A model generated the notes under the pieces. That model had not been told where the DNA came from. It saw only the letters and a program-made list of their open reading frames with translations, and made no database searches. From the IMG/VR virus record IMGVR_UViG_3300046524_000141, positions 3,988-67,987 of that record: 64,000 nucleotides of DNA. The stretch is one strand, 5' to 3'. A program made the translations under genes and the position numbers. Of this stretch, positions 19,856 to 27,947 are shown in pieces; the first letter of the stretch is position 1; each line of letters opens with the position of its first letter. The DNA comes from a virus.

Positions 19856-20128
19856 ATGGACAACACGGTCCTTTACGTTGGCGGCGCAGTGGCGACCGGC
19901 ATTTGTACTGTCGCATGGTGGGCAGTTCGAGCGATGCATGCGCGCATCAGTGAGAACGAAAAGGATCTTGCGGCATTCAAGCTGCATTGCGCGGAAAGCT
20001 TCGTGACGTCGAGCGCGCTGGAGAAGGCTATCGATCGGCTCAGTGATTCGATCAATGCCGTTTTCGCCAAGCTCGAACAGATGGATACCAAGTTTGATAG
20101 GCGGCTGGACAGCAAGGCCGACAAGTAA
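19856..20128 (+). CDS. Holin-like protein (1 TM plus coiled coil)
   Basis: N-terminal TM segment; immediately upstream of the endolysin. Confidence 0.55.
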   Translation: MDNTVLYVGGAVATGICTVAWWAVRAMHARISENEKDLAAFKLHCAESFVTSSALEKAIDRLSDSINAVFAKLEQMDTKFDRRLDSKADK

Positions 20129-20165
20129 CAGCCCGCTTGGCGGGCTTTTTTATTGGGAGTGAAGC

Positions 20166-20615
20166 ATGACCCCCGACGACTTCATCAAGGCCGTATCGCC
20201 GGCCGCCAAAGCCTCTGCCAAGGTCACGAAAATCCCGGCCTCATTCACCACGGCCCAAGGCGCGCTTGAGTCAGCATGGGGTGCGCATGCACCCGGCATG
20301 AACCTGTTCGGAATTAAGGCCGATTCATCGTGGAAAGGTCCGGTCACGACGCAGATCACACATGAAGTGGTCAACGGCCAGACGATCACGATCCCCGCCA
20401 AGTTTCGCGCATACACCGACTGGCTCGGCTCGATCACCGATCACGCGCAGTTCCTGTTGACGAACCCGCGCTATCAGCCGGCATTCGCCTACACGACGGG
20501 CGCGCTATTCGCGCAAGCCGTAGCGGCAGCGGGGTATGCGACCGATCCGCTCTATTCGCAAAAGATCGTCTCGATCATCAGGGCGCATGGCCTGATCTCG
20601 CTCGACATGGCCTGA
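20166..20615 (+). CDS. Endolysin, GH73 glucosaminidase family
   Basis: AQGALES.WG, NLFGIKA and GYATDP.Y motifs. Confidence 0.9.
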   Translation: MTPDDFIKAVSPAAKASAKVTKIPASFTTAQGALESAWGAHAPGMNLFGIKADSSWKGPVTTQITHEVVNGQTITIPAKFRAYTDWLGSITDHAQFLLTNPRYQPAFAYTTGALFAQAVAAAGYATDPLYSQKIVSIIRAHGLISLDMA

Positions 20616-20693
20616 ATATTCGTCTCCCAGATATCTGCCATTTACGCGTCTCACGCATAAGCCGCCTAGCGGCTTTTTTTACGCCTATCGAAA

Positions 20694-21200
20694 ATGACCG
20701 TACAGCAAACGCATGAACTCAAAGACACGATTTCGGCCGATTACTTCGTGCCAGGCCATGACGAGCGAACCACCACCGCTCTATTCACGCGCACCAAGAA
20801 GCTTCTGATTGAGCGCGAGGGCGGCCGGTGCTTTGTCACCAACATGACCGCCGAAGAACTCGGTGCGCCTCTGCAGGCCCATCACCATCCTGTCGAACGA
20901 TGCTTTGCCACTGCGTGGGACTGGCCGCGCTTCGCCGAGGATTGCAAGAAAGGCATGTGGGGACCGCACGCGCAAGCCTTCGATTGGGACTCGTTCCTAT
21001 CTGCCAAGCCGTTTGATCCATACCGTTTTGTCGACGACATGACCGTCAACGGCATGTTGCTCGGCATGGGTCCGCACATCGGTAAAGACCAGGGTCTGCA
21101 CAGGTTGCCGCTACCCGTCTGGCTGTTCACGAAGTACGCCGTAGAGGGGTATGTGTTCTCCCCCACGGAAACCATCCATCACGACCCGGAGCATCTATGA
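20694..21200 (+). CDS. Hypothetical protein, possibly a degenerate HNH-like fold
   Basis: PGH..R, RCFV...LQAHH and GLH..P.P.W pattern; inside the lysis cassette. Confidence 0.55.
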   Translation: MTVQQTHELKDTISADYFVPGHDERTTTALFTRTKKLLIEREGGRCFVTNMTAEELGAPLQAHHHPVERCFATAWDWPRFAEDCKKGMWGPHAQAFDWDSFLSAKPFDPYRFVDDMTVNGMLLGMGPHIGKDQGLHRLPLPVWLFTKYAVEGYVFSPTETIHHDPEHL

Positions 21201-21403
21201 ACCAAACCTCCAGCATTCAGACTGGTGCGATCACGCTGACGGCCGCATCGCTGGTGCCAATCATTGATTGGGCCGCGACCGCGCTGCACATTTCGATTCC
21301 CATGGATGCGCAATTGCAGATCGCAGCGATGCTCATCACTGGCGGTCATGCGCTGTACAACTATCTGCGATCGCGATCGACACCCGCTGCGCCGGCGCAA
21401 TGA
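21197..21403 (+). CDS. Small two-TM holin-like protein
   Basis: 68 aa with two hydrophobic segments; ATGA-coupled. Confidence 0.55.
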   Translation: MNQTSSIQTGAITLTAASLVPIIDWAATALHISIPMDAQLQIAAMLITGGHALYNYLRSRSTPAAPAQ

Positions 21404-21597
21404 TCCGCCTCGCGCTGTGCCTGCTGCTCGGCGGCTGCGCAGCTCACGTGGAAGTATTGCCGACATTCGATTCAAAGACTTACGCCGTTGGCTGTTGCGT
21501 CGTGATGGCGCAAATTCCGCCCTCAACCGATCTCTCGGTCACGGTCCAGAAGACCGAATCACTGCAAGTCAAGCTCGGCGCCAAGTGGCGCTTCTGA
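21400..21597 (+). CDS. Small lipoprotein-like protein
   Basis: MIRLALCLLLGGC lipobox; ATGA overlap; ends VKLGAKWRF. Confidence 0.55.
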   Translation: MIRLALCLLLGGCAAHVEVLPTFDSKTYAVGCCVVMAQIPPSTDLSVTVQKTESLQVKLGAKWRF

Positions 21598-21621
21598 TTC
21601 ATCCCTGAAGGAAATCCCGAA

Positions 21622-22101
21622 ATGAAAAAGCTCATGCTGCTCGCAGCAGGCCTCGTTGCGTCTGCTCTCTTCGCTGGTTGCACTAACGCACCGGCTCTGC
21701 CCAGTCTGCAACAGCAATTTGTCCAGATGTGCCCCGTGGTCAATGCTGACCTGGCCGTTCTGGCGGCATCGCCGTCGCTGACCGTCGCGCAACAAACCAC
21801 GCTGAAGACTCAGATCATTCCTGCCAACGAACTCATCTGCTCGTCTGGCGCCGCATTGAATGTGACGAATCTGAAGGCTTTCCATGACAGCCTGCTTCCG
21901 GTTGCTATCGGCATTGTGCAAGCGACGCCGGCAATTCCGAGCCAGCCGCTGGTGCTGCTCGCACTCCAGCTCTTCGGCCCGGTCGTTCAGGGTCTGGTCG
22001 ATCAAGCCATTACGACCGCTGCGCCTGCTGCTTCAGTACCTGCCGCGGCATCGGCACCGGTTGCCGCCTCCACCCCGCTCGCCGGGGCTGCGTTGCAATG
22101 A
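21622..22101 (+). CDS. Lipoprotein, candidate unimolecular spanin-like protein
   Basis: FAGC lipobox, hydrophobic segment near the C-terminus, Ala/Pro tail. Confidence 0.6.
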   Translation: MKKLMLLAAGLVASALFAGCTNAPALPSLQQQFVQMCPVVNADLAVLAASPSLTVAQQTTLKTQIIPANELICSSGAALNVTNLKAFHDSLLPVAIGIVQATPAIPSQPLVLLALQLFGPVVQGLVDQAITTAAPAASVPAAASAPVAASTPLAGAALQ

Positions 22102-22679
22102 ACGCGCACGATTACGCCCTGCTAGCCGCAGAAGCGTATAGCGCGGCCCCGGACATCGGAAAGGCAGATAGCGCATCACGGGCGATCGTGCGCACAACTG
22201 CAGCCGGGTTGTGCATTGCCTTTCCGGGCACGGATAACGCGGATTGCTTTGAGGCGGACTTCGATATTGAGCCGATCGACGTGCCGGGCATCGGCAAGTT
22301 TCATCGGGGCTTCTACCAAGCGTGGCAGGCCATCTCCGTCCAAGTGCTTGCCGCTATCAAAGGGCAGCCGGTGACGCTGGTCGGACATTCGCTGGGAAGC
22401 TCGATAGCGATAGCAGCCGCCGCAGAGATGACCGCATCAGGCAATCCGCCCGTCGCCGTCTATGGCTTTGAACCAGCGCGTGTCAGCCCGGATCTTGGCG
22501 TCCGCACTCTGCTCGCTAAGGTGCCGGTCCATCTATACAAAAATGGATTGGACCTGGTGCCCGACGTTCCGCCCGGCTGGCATCATGCCGCGCTGCTAAC
22601 GCATATCGGGAAGCCGGCGCTGCCACTTCCTAACGTAGTCGATCACCAAATAGCCAGAGTCATTCAGGCCTTGGCTTAA
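22098..22679 (+). CDS. Lipase class 3 (alpha/beta hydrolase)
   Basis: AFPGT, HRGF, GHSLG nucleophile elbow, DLVP.VP and C-terminal DH. Confidence 0.9.
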   Translation: MNAHDYALLAAEAYSAAPDIGKADSASRAIVRTTAAGLCIAFPGTDNADCFEADFDIEPIDVPGIGKFHRGFYQAWQAISVQVLAAIKGQPVTLVGHSLGSSIAIAAAAEMTASGNPPVAVYGFEPARVSPDLGVRTLLAKVPVHLYKNGLDLVPDVPPGWHHAALLTHIGKPALPLPNVVDHQIARVIQALA

Positions 22680-22690
22680 CAGTTCAACGG

Positions 22691-22719
22691 TTGTAAACCG
22701 CCATAACAGGCGTTAGACT
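22691..22719 (+). promoter_or_regulatory. Sigma70 promoter for the tRNA-like RNA
   Basis: TTGTAA-17nt-TAGACT; predicted +1 at G22726, the first base of the RNA stem. Confidence 0.65.
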
Positions 22720-22725
22720 GTCTGT

Positions 22726-22819
22726 GGGGTGAATGTCTGGGCGACGGCTCAGGCAGGCTTGGTATGCGACGTCATAGGACTAGCGTCGCTCGCCGGTTCA
22801 AATCCGGCCACTCCTTCCA
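22726..22819 (+). ncRNA. tRNA-like structured RNA without a canonical anticodon arm
   Basis: GGGGTG/CACTCC acceptor-like stem, 9-bp hairpin, 6-bp hairpin, perfect T arm GCCGG-TTCAAAT-CCGGC, 3' TTCCA; cUUCGg hairpin at 22831-22854 downstream. Confidence 0.7.
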
Positions 22820-22863
22820 TCCGCTGTATCCCGTCCGGGCTTCGGTCCGGGCGGCACCCTTCT

Positions 22864-23217
22864 TTAGCTCGCAGTCTGCGGCACGTCTACCCTATTCCCA
22901 ATCGCAGCAGCCGCCCTTACGATCGCGCGTCGCGTGGCGGCGCAGTAATCGTCTAACACAGCCTCGCAGAGTGTCGTTCGCTCGTTGAATTCCTCATCGG
23001 TCCACGGATAGTCAGCTTCCACCACCGCGAACTGCTGGCGAACGCTAATGTCGAGCTTCACCGCCAACCGCAACGCATCGCCATCATCGGTGAGCGGGTT
23101 CCAGATCATCGGCCCATCTCGTCCAACGCCAAGCACTAGTCCGTCAGGGCTGTTCGTGCTCCAGTGATCAATTCCCGCCGCCCTTGCCGCACTCTCCAGC
23201 AATTCCCTGTCGCTCAT
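22864..23217 (-). CDS. Hypothetical phage protein
   Basis: WNPLTDDGDALRLAVKL...ATRRAIVRAAA, a common phage motif. Confidence 0.7.
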   Translation of the reverse strand: MSDRELLESAARAAGIDHWSTNSPDGLVLGVGRDGPMIWNPLTDDGDALRLAVKLDISVRQQFAVVEADYPWTDEEFNERTTLCEAVLDDYCAATRRAIVRAAAAIGNRVDVPQTAS

Positions 23218-23219
23218 TC

Positions 23220-23432
23220 TCACTCCCTCGATCGTTTGTCAATTGTGCCATCGGGCTCGTCATCCGCACCGATGCATCGTATCCACGCGGAGCAGCCCCT
23301 TTCCGGATTCGCTCGCACCTGCCGGCGATTGCCGTCCAGACATAGCGCATGCAAGCCGCCCGCGACGTCGCCGCCCCAATGCTCGCAATTTTGGCAAGGT
23401 CGGTCGGCGACTGGTTCGTTGAAAAGGCCCAC
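23220..23432 (-). CDS. Small Cys-rich protein, probably SOS-regulated
   Basis: CxxCxHW...C...C pattern; LexA-type box just upstream. Confidence 0.6.
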   Translation of the reverse strand: MGLFNEPVADRPCQNCEHWGGDVAGGLHALCLDGNRRQVRANPERGCSAWIRCIGADDEPDGTIDKRSRE

Positions 23433-23440
23433 GGCGATAG

Positions 23441-23456
23441 CTGTATGGATGCGCAG
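23441..23456. promoter_or_regulatory. LexA (SOS)-type box
   Basis: CTGTATGGATGCGCAG (CTG-N10-CAG), overlapping a minus-strand -10 CATACT. Confidence 0.65.
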
Positions 23457-23564
23457 TATGGTACGAGGATGCCAATGCGGCTAAACAGGTTTCAGGCAGA
23501 AAAACCCACACTACTCTAAAAATTCCCGGATTTTTTTAGGTGAGGTAAATCCGGCAAACCCTTG

Positions 23565-23631
23565 TGGCGGAAGGCAGCCGGAGTCGAACCGACCTGAGAG
23601 CGTCTGACGCCCTCAACTGGGTTTGAAGCCC
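23565..23631 (-). mobile_element. attP core: 3' part of tRNA-Sec (selC)
   Basis: Minus strand GGGCTTCAAACCCAG (UCA anticodon), long variable arm, GGTTCGACTCC, ending CTTCCGCCA; 5' half absent; next to the integrase. Confidence 0.9.
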
Positions 23632-23638
23632 TAACACA

Positions 23639-23721
23639 CTGATAGTATACACAGGCTTTGGGCTTGCCATCAACGAAAACACGGCGCTTTGCGGGCTTGT
23701 CAATGCTGTATATGCTGACAG
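23639..23721. promoter_or_regulatory. Two LexA-type boxes within the attP arm
   Basis: CTGATAGTATACACAG (23639-23654) and CTGTATATGCTGACAG (23706-23721). Confidence 0.55.
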
Positions 23722-23756
23722 TGGTTTGTAGTGCATGGGCAGAAAAACACACACCG

Positions 23757-24749
23757 CTATTTTCCCTTTCCGATCTTGCTGACGGCATCTGCCAATCGCT
23801 CGGTAACCAGGTGCGCATACCGCTTGGTTGAGGTCGGCGTCTTGTGCCCCAGCACGCCACCTACAGTGTACAGATCGATGCCCGCATTGATCATTTCTGA
23901 TGCAGCGCTGTGCCGTAGATCGTGGAATCTGAGATCGGGGAATCCCGCTTTGGCTCGCGCCTTGTTCCACTCGTCTTTGATCTTGCTTGGCCTGATCGTG
24001 AATCGGACGCGGCGCGCGATGACGGCAATTCTTGGGTGAATCGGCACAACGCGCGGACGACCGTTTTTGGTCGTACTGAGCGAGTATCCATCTCGCGTCA
24101 CGGTAGCACGCAAAATCTCGCTCAGGCGCATGCCAGAGTAGAAGGCTACACGGATCGCCGCCCTAGTCTCTTTGTGCGCGCAAACCTTCGCGATCTTCAG
24201 CATCTCGCGGCGCCCCTTGTAGATGTGACGCTCGTTGCTAAATTTTGGGATGACCATCTTGCCCGTCTCGTCGTGGGCAATTTTCCCCTTCTTGTGCGCG
24301 TATTTGATAGCGGCCCGGATATAGCCTAAGGTGTTGCTGATGGTCTTGTCGCCTGTCGGCTTTTTGGGATTGCCATTGCGATCGATTCGTGCGCGCATGT
24401 AACCCGCGAATTTCACAGACCAATCGTATAGCTCCAGCGCGTCCTGATCCTCATATTCGGATGCATACTTCTCCATGACCTGAGACCGGATGGTGAAGTC
24501 CTTCCAGCTAGTCCCTTCATCCTGGAAGTGAAGTCGCACGCATTCCCCGATGGTAACGACCGGCTTCTTGATGCCCGTCTCTACCGCGTAGACTTCAGCG
24601 TCCCACTGGCGGCCAAGCTTGTCCGCGTCTGCCGCAGAAAATCCCGCAGGGATGACTTTGGTTTTTCTGACACGCTTGCCTTCGATGACGCGCTCGAACG
24701 TCCAGCGGTAGCGCCTGCGCCCATTTTTGGTGATGGTTTCGATTGGCAT
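23757..24749 (-). CDS. int: Tyrosine integrase
   Basis: SGMRLSE, TKNG, HDLRH and LGH...TKRY catalytic residues. Confidence 0.95.
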   Translation of the reverse strand: MPIETITKNGRRRYRWTFERVIEGKRVRKTKVIPAGFSAADADKLGRQWDAEVYAVETGIKKPVVTIGECVRLHFQDEGTSWKDFTIRSQVMEKYASEYEDQDALELYDWSVKFAGYMRARIDRNGNPKKPTGDKTISNTLGYIRAAIKYAHKKGKIAHDETGKMVIPKFSNERHIYKGRREMLKIAKVCAHKETRAAIRVAFYSGMRLSEILRATVTRDGYSLSTTKNGRPRVVPIHPRIAVIARRVRFTIRPSKIKDEWNKARAKAGFPDLRFHDLRHSAASEMINAGIDLYTVGGVLGHKTPTSTKRYAHLVTERLADAVSKIGKGK

Positions 24750-24922
24750 GATGCGAGAAATCGATAGAGTGAATCCAGATCATAGACGTATGTTTTATGA
24801 CCGAGTCTGAATCGCTGGATTATTGAGCAGGCCCGGTCAATCCGGCTGATGTTTGCGTATGGCACGCCGAGGATAGCGGCGGCCTCTTTCGCGCTCACGC
24901 GCTTTCCTTCGGCTATGCTCAT
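24581..24922 (-). CDS. Excisionase-like HTH protein
   Basis: SAKEAAAILGV MerR/Xis-type helix; overlaps the int 5' end. Confidence 0.65.
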   Translation of the reverse strand: MSIAEGKRVSAKEAAAILGVPYANISRIDRACSIIQRFRLGHKTYVYDLDSLYRFLASCQSKPSPKMGAGATAGRSSASSKASVSEKPKSSLRDFLRQTRTSLAASGTLKSTR

Positions 24923-25401
24923 GTCATCCCTTCAGCATTCGACAAGGGGAACTCATCGGGCTTCCCGACAATGTTGTAAGCCGGGCTGAATCTTTCGATC
25001 ATCTCCGATTCCAGGCCTTTCAACGTGTCTGGAGATGACTCGATAAGGGTGATGCTGTCGAACTTCTTGTCGGACTGCATATGCTGGGCGACGCGCGCCA
25101 TGATGCTTCGCGACATGCCCACATAAACCACCGTTCCCATGCTCCAAAGGAAGTAGACACCGCAAAGATCGCGCGGCAATCGTTCCATGCGTATAATCTC
25201 TACAACATCAGGGAATGGATTGATCGGCGTCTTGCCAGACATCGCCTCCTGGTAGGCCGAGCGCAAGACAACAGGGGAGCCGTCCGGCCTGACTTTGTAC
25301 GGGACGTCGTTAGCAATCAACCATCGGACCTTTGCCCACTGTGTCCTGCACCCAGATAGCCCCGTCAATTCCCATTCGGTCAGAAACATCGAATCACTCA
25401 T
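24919..25401 (-). CDS. DUF4224-like domain fused to a GIY-YIG nuclease domain
   Basis: FLT..EL..LSG...WL....PY..RPDGSPVV N-terminus; GVYFL...VYVGMS...R...H...E...I....P.YN C-terminus. Confidence 0.7.
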   Translation of the reverse strand: MSDSMFLTEWELTGLSGCRTQWAKVRWLIANDVPYKVRPDGSPVVLRSAYQEAMSGKTPINPFPDVVEIIRMERLPRDLCGVYFLWSMGTVVYVGMSRSIMARVAQHMQSDKKFDSITLIESSPDTLKGLESEMIERFSPAYNIVGKPDEFPLSNAEGMT

Positions 25402-25464
25402 CCCCTACCTCCAGATTCCATTCCCGGACCGTGACGGCCCGGATTTTCTCGAAAGCTGCTTCCA

Positions 25465-26649
25465 CTACGCCCCTTTGACGCATAAACACTGCTTAAGGAC
25501 ATGCACGACTTCGACCAGATCGCGCTGATTCTCCATCACGACGTCGATGTCCTTGTACGAGCCCGGTATCTCGTCCAGCACCGCATCATCCTTGCGGCAC
25601 TCGACGCCTTGGGTCTGCTGCTCCAGATCCGCAACCGTGAAAGTGCGGCGAGCCTGCGCGCGGCTCATCTTGCGGCCGGCGCCATGCGAGCATGAGCAAT
25701 AGGATTGCAGATTGCCCTTGCCGCGGACGATGTAGCTGCGCTGCCCCATCGAGCCGGGAATGATGCCAAGATCACCCTCGCGCGCACGGATCGCGCCCTT
25801 CCGCGTCACCCACAGGTTGCGGCCGAAGTGGTTCTCCCGCTCGACATAGTTGTGATGGCAGTTGACCGCTTCGTGCGTGATCGTGAATTCGATCGGGATA
25901 TGACGGCGCAGCGCGGCGATGACCGCTTCCATCATCACCCGGCGATTCTCAAGCGCATAGTCCTGAGCCCAGTTGACCGCTTCGACGTAATCGTTGAAGT
26001 CGTCCGTGTCTTCCGGGAAATAGGCCAGATCGCCATCAGGCAGGCTAATGAAATACTGCTCCATGCGCTTCTTGGCCTTCTCGATGAAGTATCGGCCGAT
26101 CAGGTTGCCGACGCCACGCGAGCCTGAATGCAGCATCACCCAGACGTCCTGCGCTTCGTCGATGCAGAGTTCGATGAAGTGATTGCCGGAGCCGAGTGAG
26201 CCGAGTTGGCGCTCCGCCTGATTCTTGGCCAGGACAGGATGCTTATCCGACAGCGCTTGCAATCCTCGCCACATATCGGCACCCACATTGGGCGCGCGTT
26301 CGGGCCGATGCGCCCCGCCCGCTCCGAGCGGCACGTCGCGTTCGATCTGGTGGCGGATCGTGGCGAGGCTGTCTGGCAAGTCAGACGCCTTCAGCGACAG
26401 GCGCACGGCGTTCATCCCGCACCCGATGTCAACTCCGACCGCTGCCGGCACAATGGCCTTGTCCGTCGCAATGACCGTTCCGACCGTCGCGCCGATGCCA
26501 GCGTGAACATCGGGCATACAGGCGACGCCATTGCCTGCAATGAACGGCAGGCGGGCGATGTTCTTCAATTGCGTCAGGGCCGAATCCTCGACCTCATCCG
26601 TCCAGATTTTGATCGGGCGTGCACCCTCTTCGTTGATGACTTTCTTCAT
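25465..26649 (-). CDS. rtcB: RtcB RNA 3'-phosphate/5'-OH ligase
   Basis: MPDVH.G.G, VGVDIGCG, GSGNHFIE, HSGSRG, HHNY, RKGA, PGSMG, SHGAGR and YKDI motifs all intact; start MKKVINE at 26649. Confidence 0.95.
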   Translation of the reverse strand: MKKVINEEGARPIKIWTDEVEDSALTQLKNIARLPFIAGNGVACMPDVHAGIGATVGTVIATDKAIVPAAVGVDIGCGMNAVRLSLKASDLPDSLATIRHQIERDVPLGAGGAHRPERAPNVGADMWRGLQALSDKHPVLAKNQAERQLGSLGSGNHFIELCIDEAQDVWVMLHSGSRGVGNLIGRYFIEKAKKRMEQYFISLPDGDLAYFPEDTDDFNDYVEAVNWAQDYALENRRVMMEAVIAALRRHIPIEFTITHEAVNCHHNYVERENHFGRNLWVTRKGAIRAREGDLGIIPGSMGQRSYIVRGKGNLQSYCSCSHGAGRKMSRAQARRTFTVADLEQQTQGVECRKDDAVLDEIPGSYKDIDVVMENQRDLVEVVHVLKQCLCVKGA

Positions 26650-26701
26650 TTGATTTCCCAGTATTCTCGCGTTTTCCCAGTAGCCTGCTCTGCTACTCCA
26701 A

Positions 26702-26839
26702 TCATTCCAAAACCACTCCACCCACAACCGCCACCAAAGCCAGCGGCCACAACAACGCGAGGTCGAACGATGGACGCGTTGGCGACTCGATGATGGAGAA
26801 GCAGAGGCCGATGAGGAGGTATAAGGTTAAGAACGTCAT
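26702..26839 (-). CDS. Small membrane protein (45 aa)
   Basis: MTFLTLYLLIGLCFSII...LLWPLALVAVVGGVVLE*; ATGA-coupled. Confidence 0.5.
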   Translation of the reverse strand: MTFLTLYLLIGLCFSIIESPTRPSFDLALLWPLALVAVVGGVVLE

Positions 26840-27173
26840 GGGGTGGCCTCCGCTTCGATAGCCTCCAGCGCCTCAAGCGCCCAACGCAGCGCCGCACCTG
26901 TGCGCGGTCCGTATGTGCCGTTCTCGATGGCCCACTGAAGTTCTGCTTTCAGTTCGTCAAGGTCTTTCATGCCACCCCTCATGCTAAAAGTAGATTGACC
27001 CGCTTCACCCAGTCGGGGCCAAGCGCCGCGCACACGATCTCGCTCTCAACTGCCGACGATAGCAAGTTCAGGGCAACCGTCTCGCGCTTGCCTAACTGCC
27101 GATCCTCGACGCGCTTCGCGATTTTCTCGATCCTCTCCAGCGCCCAGCGGATATCGTTGCATTCACTCATCAT
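26836..27173 (-). CDS. Two small hypothetical proteins (26836-26970, 26979-27173)
   Basis: Closely packed ORFs in the early-left operon. Confidence 0.5.
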
Positions 27174-27454
27174 TGCCCCACATTGATAGCAAACACCCGC
27201 ACTGGCTCAGTCCCGAAGTGCGGATGTAGGATTGTTCGTTCGATGTAGCCGCGCCACGGCTTGATGATTCGGCGTTCCCAGTCGTCGGCCTTGGGATAGC
27301 CAAGCGTCAGGACAATGCGGCCGTAATGCCGATGCTCCAAGCGCTTGCGCCAGTAGTCATTGACAAGCCGGTATTCTTCGACTTTCTCGCCAGATCGGAT
27401 CGCATGGAAGTATTCGGCCTTCAGGGGTAGGAATAATTTCGGCAGGCTGCTCAT
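27170..27454 (-). CDS. ASCH-domain protein
   Basis: LPLK.EYF.AI.SGEK.EEYR...YW.KRL motif. Confidence 0.85.
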   Translation of the reverse strand: MSSLPKLFLPLKAEYFHAIRSGEKVEEYRLVNDYWRKRLEHRHYGRIVLTLGYPKADDWERRIIKPWRGYIERTILHPHFGTEPVRVFAINVGQ

Positions 27455-27947
27455 GCTGCTCTCCCTCTTGTCGGCTCCCGAATCACATTAATCCCATCCG
27501 GCAGCGCCACCGCTACCCGTCCCTCGAAGAAATCAGCGGCCATCTGCGCGCACTTCCAGCACACGTCATGCATCTGCTGCACGGTGGGCACATTGGCAAG
27601 AGAGATAGACCGGGCGGATTCGTTGAATGCGCGGCGACTGTCGATGTGGTTCATAGGCTGGCCCCAAACATGTCCATCGTCCGAGTGTCGCGCTCGGGTT
27701 CAGGCTCAACCGGCCCGATAAACTTGGCATGGTCGGCCCAGTCGTTCGCAAGTTCCGTTGCGTGAGCCGATGGTGCGTATGGCCATGTGATAACGATGGC
27801 ATCAATGGTTGGATAGTTCTCGCCGCGCCCTCGCTTGATTTCAGCAAAGAACGCGTTCAGCTTGTCGGCCAACACCTCAGCCTCGCGCTTACTCGGTGCT
27901 GCAATGATGTCGTCCGGACCTTGGACGTGGACGGCGTAGAGGGTCAT
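27451..27947 (-). CDS. Two hypothetical proteins (27451-27654, 27651-27947)
   Basis: ATGA-coupled ORFs. Confidence 0.55.

Larger units (their letters stand above)
23495..23754. repeat. Integrase arm-type direct repeats flanking the att core
   Basis: GGCAGAAAAACCCACAC (23495-23511) and GGCAGAAAAACACACAC (23738-23754), 16/17 identical. Confidence 0.6.

Noticed and set aside
23565-23631. Functional phage-encoded tRNA-Sec
   Set aside because: The 5' acceptor strand and D arm are missing; the segment is the att core.
24581-24749. xis/int overlap as a third dual-coding locus
   Set aside because: The overlapping tail is low-complexity run-on sequence, and xis-int overlaps are common.
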